From: Azolla caroliniana
Lineage: Eukaryota > Plantae > Polypodiophyta
Assembly (NCBI GenBank): GCA_043228905.1
Contig: JBHGNT010000014.1
Coordinates: 18,538,001-18,602,000, forward strand
Direction: 5' to 3'
DNA length: 64,000 bases
The notes beneath the pieces are model-generated. The model had not been told where the DNA came from, ran no database searches, and saw only the letters and a list, made by a program, of their open reading frames with translations. How positions within the stretch are numbered: the first letter of the stretch is position 1; each line of letters starts with the position of its first letter. The position numbers were made by a program, and so were the translations under genes. Shown here in pieces: positions 1-10,912 of this stretch.

Positions 1-2317
1 CACGCAGCTACGTCTGCGCCCTTGTATTCCGCCTCCGTACTCGAAAGAGTGATGGTAGGTTGCTTCTTGCTACTCCAGGATATTGCTCCGTTGTCGAGGG
101 AGAAAACAAATCCAGAGGTTGATCTTCTATCAGCTTTGTAGCTGGCCCAATCGGCATCTGTGTACCCCTCGAGTCGTATTGGCATCGCGGTCTTGTAGAG
201 GATGCCGCAATCTATTGTGCCGCTCACGTATTGTAGAACTCGCTTAGCGCAATCCAAGTGAGTATCACGCGGTGTTTGCATGAATTGGCTAAGGAGACCG
301 ACCGGATAACTGAGATCGGGTCGAGTGATCGTGAGGTAGATGAGACTCCTGATGAGTTGCCGATACTGAGTCGGCTCACACGCTTTGGTGCCGGAGTTCG
401 CATCTAGTTTGAGATTACGATTGAGCGGGGTTGCCACGGATTTGCACTCAACCATCCCGAACTTGTATAACAAGTTGAGGATGTAGTGCCGTTGAGACAT
501 CATGATTCCGGTCGGAGTCCGAATTACCTCGATGCCGAGGAAGTAGTGGAGCTCCTTCATGTCCGTCATCTCGAACTTGTCGGAAAGGAGGGATTTGACC
601 TTAGTGATTTCGACGAGATGCTCACCTCCAATGACTAGGTCATCCACATATAAAATGATGATGATAGGACTTGCGGAATCGCTTCATATGTAGAGGGAAT
701 TGTCCGATTTTGACATACGGAAGCCGATTTCATGAAGATATAGTGTTATCTTCGAATGCCAAGCACGTGGTGCTTGCTTGAGGCCGTAGAGTGGCTTCTT
801 GAGTCGGCAAACAGCTTTCAGATGGGTGCTCGAGTTGAAGCCGAGTGGTTGGATCATGTACACCTCCTCTTCTAATTCACCTTGTAGAAAGGCGTTCTTG
901 ACGTCCATTTGATGAAGGTGCCACCCTTTCGCCGCGGCAATCGCAATTACGGTCCGCACTGTCTTCATCTTTGCCACCAAGGCAAAGGTCTCTTCGTAGT
1001 CGACGCCATGTGTCTGAGCGTATCCTTTCGCTACGAGTCGAGCTTTGTAGCGGTTTACGGAGCCATCGGCGTTATACTTCACCTTGTAGATCCATCTGCA
1101 TCCGATCGCCTTTTTGTGTCGTGAGGTGGGAACGAGATCCCACATCTCGTTCTTCCATAGTGCTTGCATCTCCTCGTTCATTGCTTCGATCCATCGTGGG
1201 TCCTTCGCAGCTTCCGAAAAGGTTTCCGGATCCCGTACTGTCGCTACCTTCATCATAAAGACGTAATGGTACGCCATATACTCGTTGTAGTCGAATCGGC
1301 TTACGGGGTTCTTTTCACGAGTGGATCGGCGGAGCTTTTCATTTGCAGAGATGAGGGCTTTCTTAGCTCCAATTGGTACATCGTAGCCGCCGAACTCACT
1401 GTCGAGTGAGTGAGTCGATTCATCATCGTCGAAGCGATCGTCTTCATATTCCGCCATTTTCGCCTTGCCTTTGTCCCTCTTCGGGCTAGGCCGTGATGTG
1501 CTTTGATCGCTCAAAGGCTCTTGTGGTCCGCTCAGTCGGGTTGTGATCGGACTTTCTTCGATCATGCGCGTAGGGCGATCTTCATACTTGATCTCTTGTT
1601 CGGCAAATTCTGGGTCGAGCGGAGGCGAAGTTGTCTCTGGTGCGTACCAAGATGCGGACTCGTCAAAAACCACGTCTCGACTTACTCGAGATTTTCGAGT
1701 TGAGGGGTTATAGCACTTGTACCCCTTTTGCTCCAATGAGTATCCTACGAGGATACATTTCTCCGACTTCGGGTCAAGCTTTTGACGCTTCTCGTCGGGG
1801 ATGTTCACGTACGCTATCGTGCCGAATATCCGGATGTGCGATAAATCCGGCTTCCTTCCGAAGTATTTTTCGTGCGGAGTGACATCGTGCACGCCAAATG
1901 TTGTGCACCGGTTCATTAGGTAGACAGCCGTATTGGCAACTTCGGCCCAATATGACTTGGGCATATGCTTCTCGTTCATCATGGCCCACGCTATTTCGAG
2001 GATGTGCCGGTTTTTGCGCTCGACTACTCCGTTTTGTTGCGGAGTGTGTCAGCAAGTGAATTCTCGCCGAATTCCTTCCTTTCGAAGGTACGCCGTGAAA
2101 TCGTCCGAGAAGTACTCCTTGCCGCCATCCGATCGAAGGCATCGTACATGTCGGCCCGTGGCTTTCTCGACTTCATTCTTGAAATTTTGGAAGTGTCCGA
2201 ACACTTCACTCTTTTGCCGCATCGGGTAGATCCAAGTGTGCCTAGAGAAGTCGTCGATGAAGAGCACGTAATATCGGCATCCGCCGAATGTAGCCGTCTG
2301 CGCTGGTCCCCATACGT

Positions 2318-2837
2318 TGTCGCGTTGTTACGCGCGTGCGTGTGGAAGGGGCGGGACCACGGGGGTCTTGGACTAGGGAGTAGAGGAGAAAGAATAAGAC
2401 ACAAAATGGAAGCTTATCTCAAGAGGAGGTGAGAAAGAATAAGACAATAACATAGAATAGACGGGGCACGATGCTCAACAAGTTAGCTTAAGGAAACATA
2501 AATGCCTTACAATGGTGGCCGCCATTGCCGCACCAAACGACTATCAAAAAAACCCTAAAGGAAAACCCAAGAAGAAAACCCTAACCGAAACCCTAAAACC
2601 GAATAGGAAACCCTCGACCTAAGTGGTATGCCTCTCTCCCTCAAAATAGGCAACCCCTTCATAAGTGACCCCTCCCTTCCCTTTATAGCCCAAGGAGGGA
2701 GGGACCTTACAATGTGGGATAAAATTCCCCCTCTTATTTCTATACACCATTTCCTAGTATACATGTGCACATGGTGCACACCACCGATTTGCCTATTCCA
2801 CCCCGGTTTCCGCCTATGGACGAAAATCTTCACGACA
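2318..2837 (-). repeat. 3' LTR of nested element
   Basis: Direct repeat of 5960-6479; adjacent to the PPT-like tract at 2838-2849. Confidence 0.95.
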
Positions 2838-4619
2838 TCCGTCCCCACCAAACCGCACATCCACCGGTATGTGCCAAGAAAGGAGAAGAGGCGAGATTTT
2901 TCAGTCATGGTGATAAAACCGAGGTCCGTCGTGTCCTCGTTGGCCTTGCTCGGCTTCGTTTTCCATTTCGAGCACGCCCGTCCCTTCCACACGAACCGTC
3001 GTAACATCCCGTTCCACCGTATCCGTCGCACATCCTCGAGCCGACGGTTCCAACCGATCCACCACGTCCACCGTGAGTCCCCAAAACATCGACTCCATCC
3101 GAACCGCCATATCCGCCGCACGCGCCTTCCTCCCCGGTCGGTCCTCCCGAACGTCATTCCCGATCTGGTCACTCTTTCTTTGTCCGCCACGTAGGTCCTC
3201 CGATTAGGCCCTCGGTCACCCCGTTTGCTCGCCGGATTCCGCCCCTCGCGTACCGCTTGTGTTCTATCTCCGGCTCGATCCTCTCTTCGTCTCGAACACC
3301 TCGTGCCGATTCCCTCCGTTCTGCGCTCACCTTCCGTAGGCTCTTTCTGTGTGCCCTTGTTGTCTCCCGAATATACGCTCATTCTTTGGCCCTTAGGCGA
3401 CCCCATTCCGCGTTCCTTGCCTCTCCTTTGCCCGTCGTGCTCTCTTGTCGTAGAGCGTACCATCATCCCAACCTTCGTGTCGGTGTCCCTTGAGGCTCTC
3501 GTTACCGCCTCGCCTCGACTTGCGCCCTCTTGGCCCGTTTGGCCTTGCATGCCCTCAGGGAAGCCGCCGCGTTTTCTCTTCCCGGTGCGTACCCCGTTGT
3601 TCTCCGCGCACCATCCTTCGCTCTCGCCACCAATCCGACGATCCCGGCACCTTACGGCTTCGTCTCTCGCCGCGTGCCTGCCTCTCAAAGGCTCGACCGG
3701 TCCGCCGTTGTCGGTCACTCGTTGCCACTCTTCCGGTTGCATGCTTGCTTCTTGGCCCTTCGCCGGCTGTAGTGCATGCTCCGTTTTACGCCGTAGTGCG
3801 TACTTCGTATTATGCGCCTCGTCCGTCGTAGACCCGACCTCCGCGTCGGTCTCTTCATCCTTCGTTGTCGTAGCCCCGTCCTACTCTGGCTTGCCGTCTT
3901 GGCCGTGCTCGTCCGTCTTCACACACCGGGTACCCATTCTGGCAGCCTCGTCCATTCCGGTCTCCGACTCCTTGCCGCCACCCGCCGTCTCTTTGGTCTT
4001 ACGTCGACCCGCAACCACCAAAGTCTCAAGGATAGATGTGGAGGGCTCCTCTCACTCTTGGCCTCCCACCAAGTCGTACTCCTCGTGCATGCTTGGCCTC
4101 CTTCTCGCACTCACCGGCTCCCACCGGGTGTTGTGGCTCGTTCGCCTCGACCTCCAATCATGTCAACTTAGCCTTCGCCTGATCGGTCTCGGCCGATCGA
4201 GTTCCGGTTTGGTCGGCTCCCTTCCGTAATCGTAACCGGCCAGTACATGTTTGTCCGAACAAATCCGGCCTTGCTTGCTCTTCTTCGGTTCGGGCCCGGT
4301 TGACCGGACCCCGCTCCAATCTTCTTCCGCGTAGTCTTCCGGTCGTGTCGGATTATCGACCGGTTCATCTTCCGGTCGGGTCGGTTCCCGACTCTCTCCT
4401 CTTTGCCGCTCCCGACCTCTCCGTCGGTCCTCTTGTACATGCCCATTCCGGGCCTCGCATCCTCATCTTCGTACGTGTTCGCTCCGGGCCACACCTCCTC
4501 ACGGCCACCACCCTTCTCTCCGGTCTTATGTTGGCATTCGAGTGCAACCGTCATAGTCTCCGGCCCCGGTGTCGAGGGTTCTTTCCTTCGCCCGCTATGA
4601 CCTTCCTCGTCATCGTTTC

Positions 4620-5180
4620 GGTCGTCCGCTTTGCCACCGCCACCTTCCGTCTCTCCGGTCTCACGTGGGCTCTCGGGGCCGACGCCGAAGTCTCTAGAAT
4701 AGGTGCGGGAAAAGTCTTGGTACCATCACTCGCCGATGTCATGTTTGTAGCCACCTTCGTTCGGACGTCGTGGTCCGTGGCTATCTCGTCCCCGGTTACG
4801 CAAGCCTCGGTTATGCTTGCTACCTCCTCGTCCTCGTCCTCGTCTCAGTTGCCCGTCTTGCCGTCGCCACCGCCCGTCGCTCTAGGACTCACGCCGGCAC
4901 TCGGGCCGACAGCCAGAGTCTCTAGGACCGATGTGGGTAAGGACCTGACACCACCGCTCGTTGTGTCCGTAGCCGCCTTCGTCCGGACATCGTTGTCCGT
5001 GGCTACCCCGTCTCGGATCGCGGAAGCCTCGATTACGCTTGCCGCCTCCTCTTCCTCGATCTCCTTGCCGTTGTCTTGGTTGCCCGCCTTGCCGCCGCCA
5101 CCGCCCGTCGCTCTAGGTCTCACGTCGGCACTTGGGTCGACCGCCGGAGCCTCTAGGGCCGGTGACTGTAAGATCGCGGC
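4620..5180 (-). repeat. About 240-bp degenerate tandem repeat (2-3 copies) inside the nested element
   Basis: ccgcccgtcgctctagg.ctcacg.cggcact.ggg.cgac at ~4870 and ~5101; gtagcc.ccttcgt.cggac.tcgt.gtccgtggcta at ~4747 and ~4969. Confidence 0.8.
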
Positions 5181-5922
5181 ACCGCCGCTTGTCTCCTCCC
5201 CACTCGATGTTTCGGGCCTCCATGTCCGTCCCTTCACCGCAAGGCAAGAGGGTCGATTGCTCCGCACCCTCTCCCATGTCGCCGTCGTACGCTCTTCCGG
5301 CCTCCGTATAGGCCCCGTCTTCTACGCTTAGGGAGGCTTCTTCCTCCGCATCCTCCGATCGCCTCCGGCCCGACTCCATAATAAGCCCTTCTACGGCTTC
5401 AATTCTCCCCTTCACAAGCTCGCATGCCTCCCGTATTAGCGCTTCTAGGTCGAGCTCCTCCGAACCGTTTTGCATTGAGCTCTCTTCCGACGGTAGTGCG
5501 TAGCCGCTCACCGCCCTCTCTTCTCCGCCACTCGTGGGCCACGTTGTTGCCGACCGCTCCCCATCGGGTTTCCGGCATACCCACTCCGGTTTCGCGTATC
5601 TGTATGCGTCCAATAGCGCTCCCTCAAAGGACTCCCATGACTCATGAGCTTCTCGGAGCTCCTTGACCTCTTCGTACCTTGCTACGGCCACCACTCCACA
5701 AAAAAAATCTAGCCTTGTCGCCTTGTCCACGCCCTCCTTCGTCATCTCGGCATTGTATGCTTCTAAGAATCTCGAGACATTGTCCCCGTTGAACTGGCCG
5801 ACTCGATCGACCACCCTTTCGACGGCTTGTTGAGCCGCATCTCGCTTCGCCATCTCCCGTCCGGCTTCCATCACGATCTTTGCCATCATCTCCTCGAAGT
5901 CGAAGTCTTCTTCTATCTCCAT
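5113..5922 (-). CDS. Gag/capsid-like protein of the nested element; an apparently frameshifted repetitive extension continues to ~4550
   Basis: ATG 16 nt downstream of the PBS. The pattern FNGDNVSRFLEAY..EM...SWESFEGALLDAY resembles a retrotransposon capsid. Confidence 0.6.
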   Translation of the reverse strand: MEIEEDFDFEEMMAKIVMEAGREMAKRDAAQQAVERVVDRVGQFNGDNVSRFLEAYNAEMTKEGVDKATRLDFFCGVVAVARYEEVKELREAHESWESFEGALLDAYRYAKPEWVCRKPDGERSATTWPTSGGEERAVSGYALPSEESSMQNGSEELDLEALIREACELVKGRIEAVEGLIMESGRRRSEDAEEEASLSVEDGAYTEAGRAYDGDMGEGAEQSTLLPCGEGTDMEARNIEWGGDKRRCRDLTVTGPRGSGGRPKCRRET

Positions 5923-5937
5923 GCTCCCTTGTTGCCC

Positions 5938-5955
5938 TTCATGTCGGGTTCACCA
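5938..5955 (-). promoter_or_regulatory. Primer-binding site complementary to plant cytosolic tRNA-Trp
   Basis: Plus strand ttcatgtcgggttcacca matches the tRNA-Trp 3' end TTCACGTCGGGTTCACCA (recalled sequence) at 17/18 positions. Confidence 0.8.
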
Positions 5956-5959
5956 AATA

Positions 5960-6479
5960 TGTCACGTTGTTACGCGCGTGCGTGTGGAAGGGGCGGGACC
6001 ACGAGGGTCTTGGACTAGGGAGTAGAGGAGAAAGAATAAGACACAAAATGGAAGCTTATCTCAAGAGGAGGTGAGAAAGAATAAGACAATAACATAGAAT
6101 AGACGGGGCAAGATGCTCAACAAGTTAGCTTAAGGAAACATAAACGCCTTACAATGGTGACCGCCATGGCCGCACCAAACGACTATCAAAAAAACCCTAA
6201 AGGAAAACCCAAGAAGAAAACCCTAACCGAAACCCTAAAACCGAATAGGAAACCCTCAACCTAAGTGGTATGCCTCTCTCCCTCAAAATAGGCAACCCCT
6301 TCATAAGTGACCCCTCCCTTCCCTTTATAGCCCAAGGAGGGAGGGACCTTACAATGTGGGATAAAATTCCCCCTCTTATTTCTATACACCATTTCCTAGT
6401 ATACATGTGCACATGGTGCACACCACCGATTTGCCTATTCCACCCCGGTTTCCGCCTATGGACGAAAATTTTCACGACA
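5960..6479 (-). repeat. 5' LTR of nested element
   Basis: Direct repeat of 2318-2837; followed on the minus strand by a 4-nt spacer and the PBS. Confidence 0.95.
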
Positions 6480-8321
6480 TCGTCGGAATGGACTACGTCG
6501 AGTAGACCTTTGCTCACGTTCCGCTCTTTCGGGAATGGGTGTCGGTGTTGCTTGCCGAATTGGCACGCTTTGCAGACACCTTCAATCTCCTTCTCTTTGA
6601 ATGTCGGGAGTCCGATGACGACTCCTTTCGATTTCATTGCTTTGAGTTTGTTGAGATTGATGTGGCCGATTCGCTTGTGCCATAGCTCTATGTCGGAGTC
6701 GGCTTTCGTGTTTTTCGCGAACATGGAGGATTTCATCTCGCGTGAATCGAGAATGAACATCCGGCCCTCTCTTCGTCCGTGTGCGATGAGTCGGCCCTCT
6801 TTTTCGATGAAGCAACCGCCTTGATTAAATCGAACTTGCATCCCTTGCTCTACAATTTGGCCGACGGAGACTAAATTCTTCGTAATGGTCGGTACATGCA
6901 AGACATTTTTAATGTAATTTTGCTTGCCTTCTTTTCCGAACGGAACATTGCCAATGTGCCGAATCGGGTGCGTAGTGTCGTCTCCGGTTTCGACATAGCC
7001 GGGTCAGTCCGGCTCTCGAAGTTCTCGGAACCATTCTTGATGCGATGTCATATGGTTCGAGACACCGGAATCGACGAACCATACGTCTTCCGGACTAGAG
7101 GCACTAGTTGAGGTAGTGGCCGACATAGAGTTTGCTCTATGTTTCATCATGAACATTTCGCCACGGTCGGAGTTGTGCGCATACGTTCCACCACGATCTT
7201 CGTAGTCAGAGTTGTGCCCGTACATTTCGCCACGGTCGGAATTGTGTGCATACATTCTTCCACGATCTTCGTAGTTGGAGTTGAGTGCGTAATTCGTGAG
7301 TTGTCAGCTTGTGGAAGCCGATTCACGTATCTTCTTTCGGCACTCTTCTTCGTGGTGGCCGAGCTTTCCGCAATATCCGCATTCGGTTGCGTTTTGATGG
7401 CTCGGGCCGGAGTGGAAGCTCCCCCTTCTTGGGAAGGTTCCTCGTTGGCCTCCATTTTGCGGCCGAAATTGGGAGTTGTTGTCGTAGGTCGAACCTCGTC
7501 CGCCTTGTCCTTGGCCGAATCGGCCTCTCGCTCGTCTGCGTCCTCTTCCTCCATTAGAGTGTGTGTAGAGCATGTGGCCTTCCGCCTCATTGCTCCTTGT
7601 ACGCACGTGGTTTTCTTCGACCAATAGCATTGATTGGAGCTCAAAGAAGGAGGGAGATTTCTCCCGTGCTAGAACGGCGGTTCGCATCGCGCCGAACCGT
7701 GGTGCGAGGCCGCCGAGGCATATTTGCACCATCTCATCATCATCTATACTTACGCTTATTAAGCCGAGCGAGTCGCAAAGCTCCTTGATCTTCAAGGTGT
7801 ATGTCGTGATGGACATGTCCCTTTGTTGAATGTTGTTCAACTCTTGGCGGAGTTGAAGCTTCCTCGCGGTCGTGTTCACCGCGAAAATCTTTCGTAGATT
7901 TTCCCATGCCTCCTTCGGCGTCTTGGCTTCGCGAATGTAGCCGAGCATGTGATCGTGAACACATGTCGCCAAGGAATACACCACACGGCTTGCGGCTTGC
8001 TCCCATGTCACATATCCGGGAGCCACTTCGGCGGGTCGGTCTTCATGCGCTCCTTTGATGTAGCTCCAATAGCCTTGTCCGACAAGGTATTGGTGCATCT
8101 TGTACTCCCAAGATGCGAAGTTGTTTCGATCCAACTTCTCGGCAGGGAGAGCGCTCCCATTTGAGTATTCATTATGTCGATTCTTCTTCTTCTTCTTCTC
8201 TCTTCGAATGCGAGCTATGTAGCGAAGTTACAATAGCTATGAGCCGGTTCTTGGTCGTCGGCGTAGAGCACAACACACGATCACGATGAGAGGCGAATGG
8301 GCTAGATCGAGCTACCAAATC

Positions 8322-8333
8322 GCTCTGATACCA
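8322..8333 (-). promoter_or_regulatory. Primer-binding site for tRNA-iMet
   Basis: Plus strand gctctgatacca equals TGGTATCAGAGC on the minus strand, the canonical plant iMet PBS. Confidence 0.95.
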
Positions 8334-8391
8334 TGTAAAGAATCAAGAGATGGATTCTTGTGAAGCGGAAGAGATGTGAGTTATGTGTGTG

Positions 8392-8444
<53 letters not shown>

Positions 8445-8744
8445 GTGAAACACAGAGAATACGCAAGGTAAAAGTATATTGACAAAGGAGAAAGACTCAA
8501 CATTATACAAGGTGGGAGGAGGGTACTCTATGTAGTCACCCTCTCGCTTCATTAACTACAAGACTCATGGAGCATGGGGAATGTGAAAGCTCATAAGTTA
8601 TGTGTCATAGAATATGATTCTATGACTCATACTAAATGCTAGAATACAAAGTGGTGACATAATGGTGACTCTTGACCGTTGGAGTGTCTCTTCACTCTCA
8701 AGGTGAGTTCACACACTAGACCAAGTTGAGCTTGATTCTCAACA
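8334..8744 (-). repeat. 5' LTR of the copia element (contains a (GA)n tract at ~8396-8441)
   Basis: Minus strand begins TGTTGAG (8744) and ends TTTACA (8334), directly abutting the PBS. The partner LTR is outside the window, so the outer boundary is inferred. Confidence 0.75.
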
Positions 8745-8812
8745 CCCTGGAATCCCTCACTAAATTCGCTATCTGGCACATGCCGAAGGATGTGTGGTTT
8801 GGTGAGGGTCGA

Positions 8813-9441
8813 TGTTGTCAAGATTCCAGGCCATAGAAGGAAACGGTGTGAAACAAGCGGGAACACGAGTGTGCACAAGTGCACATCCCTACTGAATTAA
8901 ACTATGTAAATACTAGGTATTGATAGGATGAGGCGTGCTAGGTAGTTAAGTGCATTAATAGGAGTTCCGACATCGCATAGGGGAAGTTACAAGGAGAGCG
9001 AATCGAGGAGAGAATCTTGAAAGGATAGTGACAGGTCTTAAAGGCCTTTTTGTAACTGTCGCTCCTTGCGCGATAAAAGGGGCGGCCTCAAACTATTTTA
9101 GAAACGCCATCAAGGGGAGAAGAAGAGAGGGAGACGAGCTCTACACTCCATCACCAGCTCTGATCCGGTTGTAATCGTTTACCACGCCGTGCGCGCGTTT
9201 TGATTAATAGAACCCTATCTACCTAATACAAGTTGTTCACTGCATCTCTGTCTGTCTTGTCTGTGTAGGTGTTCGTGGCTACGCACGGCTCTCTATCTCT
9301 CTCTTTCACTACAGTTCTCTGTTCACCCACAATCTCGGTGCCTCCGCGAAGTGCGGACTCTCTCCCCTCACTTCCCTAATTCCTTGGTTCAAGATCCCCG
9401 TGGTCCTGCCCCATTTTTATGCGTTTGCGCGGATTTCCGTC
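8813..9441 (+). mobile_element. Probable solo LTR
   Basis: Starts TGTTGTCA, contains TATA-like and CT-rich LTR-like segments, and ends ...CCGTCA just before copia coding sequence. Its 5' end resembles the reverse complement of 10850-10912. Confidence 0.4.
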
Positions 9442-10632
9442 AGAACGTCGATTAGACTATCGGATAGAGACTCTCCTGCAACGGACAAGGAGAGAGAGCT
9501 TAATGGAAAGATACCCTATGCATCAACAGTAGCAAGTATCATGTACGCAATGGTGGCGACCCGACCTGACCTAGCCTATGCCGTAGGGGTGGTCAGCCAA
9601 TACATGTCAAACCCAAGAAAGAAGCATTGGGAGGCCGTCAAGCACATCCTTAGGTATCTGAAAGGAACCATGGATGCACAGCTGACTTTCGGACTGACAA
9701 CCTCAGCCGAAGTCGAAGGCTACACCGATTCCGACTATGTTGGAAATACAGATAATCAGAAATCGACATCAGGCTACATATTCACCTATGGTGGCGGTGC
9801 GATATCATGGAGGTCGAAACTTCAAGAATGCACGGCTCTGTCTACCATAGAAGCCGAGTATATAGCAGCATCGGAAGCAGCGAAGGAAGCGATCTAGTTG
9901 CACCGATTGACTGCCGACTTCGGAGTTGCAAACCGAATAGACCAACCAACGCCGACTATCTATTACGACTCACAGAGCGCAATACACCTCATCAACAATC
10001 CCGTCTACCATGCGAAGACGAAGCACATTGCGGTGTGATATCATCATATCCGGGAGCTCGTGACCGAGAAGAAACTTGAAGTCCGGAAGATCGACACCGA
10101 GGTGAACATCGTCGATTGCCTAATGAAGCCACTCCCAGATCAACGCTTCGGAACGCTAAGGACGAAGATGGGGCTACAACAAGCGACCGAGAAGAAGAAA
10201 GCCGAACAAGGAGCAGAAGGAAAGAGCTTACTGACACTCATACTATACCTCTGCCGACTCGGCTACTTGCCGACAGACTTGTAACATAAGATCTAGTTAA
10301 ATTTGTAATCTAGTTTTACGGGGGAGATAACCCCAAGCACTTGTACATGCAAGAAAGAGTCGTCCTTTTACGGGAGAGTTCGTTGGCATAAAAGGCCGAC
10401 TCCTTCCAAATTGTATCCGTCTGAGTGTGAACTCGTTAATAAGTTAGGGCTTAGTATATAAGCGAATACCTAACATTGTAATGAGATGATGACGAGCAGA
10501 ATATAGTATCTCTGAGAAAGAACGAAGTAATAAGAAGCTTTCCATTAAATCTCCATCTGTGTAAGTCTTCACGCCTATTCTATTTTCTGTATGTGTTGTT
10601 TGTTGTCCAGTACCGATTACATATCCATACAC
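9442..10632 (+). mobile_element. Ty1/copia 3' fragment: RT end, RNase H and probable 3' LTR (~10380-10632)
   Basis: PYAS..SIMYAMVATRPDLAYAVG, GYTDSDY.G..D..KSTSGY, SWRSKLQ, EAEYIA, HAKTKHI, with in-frame stops. A purine tract precedes an LTR-like segment containing TATATAA. Confidence 0.85.
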
Positions 10633-10912
10633 ATTTTTGCACATAGCACTTGTACCCACAGGGGAGACCGTTACATCGTGATCGGTGTCAGAGATCCCCC
10701 CCTTCGATTTCTTCACATTGAACTCCCCGCATTCTCTCTATGCGTGTGGGACATTAAAGTACCCCTTAATTCCTACTACCTAGTACTTACCAGTCCTATG
10801 CTATTTACATTATATTTGTATATGTTTCTTGGTTCGTATATATCGGTGCACACACCCGTTCGTGCGCACTTGGCCCCGTTTCTCTTTATGGCCGGAATCC
10901 CTCATGACAACA
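10633..10912 (-). mobile_element. LTR fragment related to 8813-9441, in inverted orientation
   Basis: Minus strand TGTTGTCATGAGGGATTCCGGCCATAAAGAGAAACGG versus plus strand TGTTGTCAAGATTCCAGGCCATAGAAGGAAACGG at 8813. Confidence 0.4.

Larger units (their letters stand above)
2318..6479 (-). mobile_element. Nested non-autonomous LTR retrotransposon (Gag-only, TR-GAG/LARD-like)
   Basis: Two 520-bp direct repeats (2318-2837, 5960-6479) with TGT...ACA ends and about 8 substitutions by eye. PBS at 5938-5955, purine-rich GGTGGGGACGGA next to the other LTR, and insertion exactly in the host integrase motif HSD/VWGP. No RT, RH or INT motifs seen internally. Confidence 0.92.
1..8744 (-). mobile_element. 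Ty1/copia LTR retrotransposon (gag-PR-INT-RT-RH); 3' end runs off the window; interrupted at 2318-6479 by a nested LTR element
   Basis: Gag with CCHC knuckle (CGYCGKLGHHEEEC, 7304-8134), protease WFVDSGVSNHMT (~7050), GAG-pre-integrase LWHKRIGH..C..C, integrase VHSD|VWGP..FIDDFSR..LRSDGGKEY, RT YKARLVAKG/MDVKNAFL/LYVDD, and RNase H toward position 1. The domain order INT-RT is copia-type. Four in-frame TGA stops. Confidence 0.97.

Noticed and set aside
2555-3742. 395-aa minus ORF and the C-terminus of 6197-6901
   Set aside because: Both read through LTR sequence; their shared C-terminus only reflects the LTR duplication.
3225-5331. Long plus-strand ORFs (334 and 343 aa)
   Set aside because: Antisense to the nested element, GC-rich, low-complexity, non-ATG starts and no recognisable domain.
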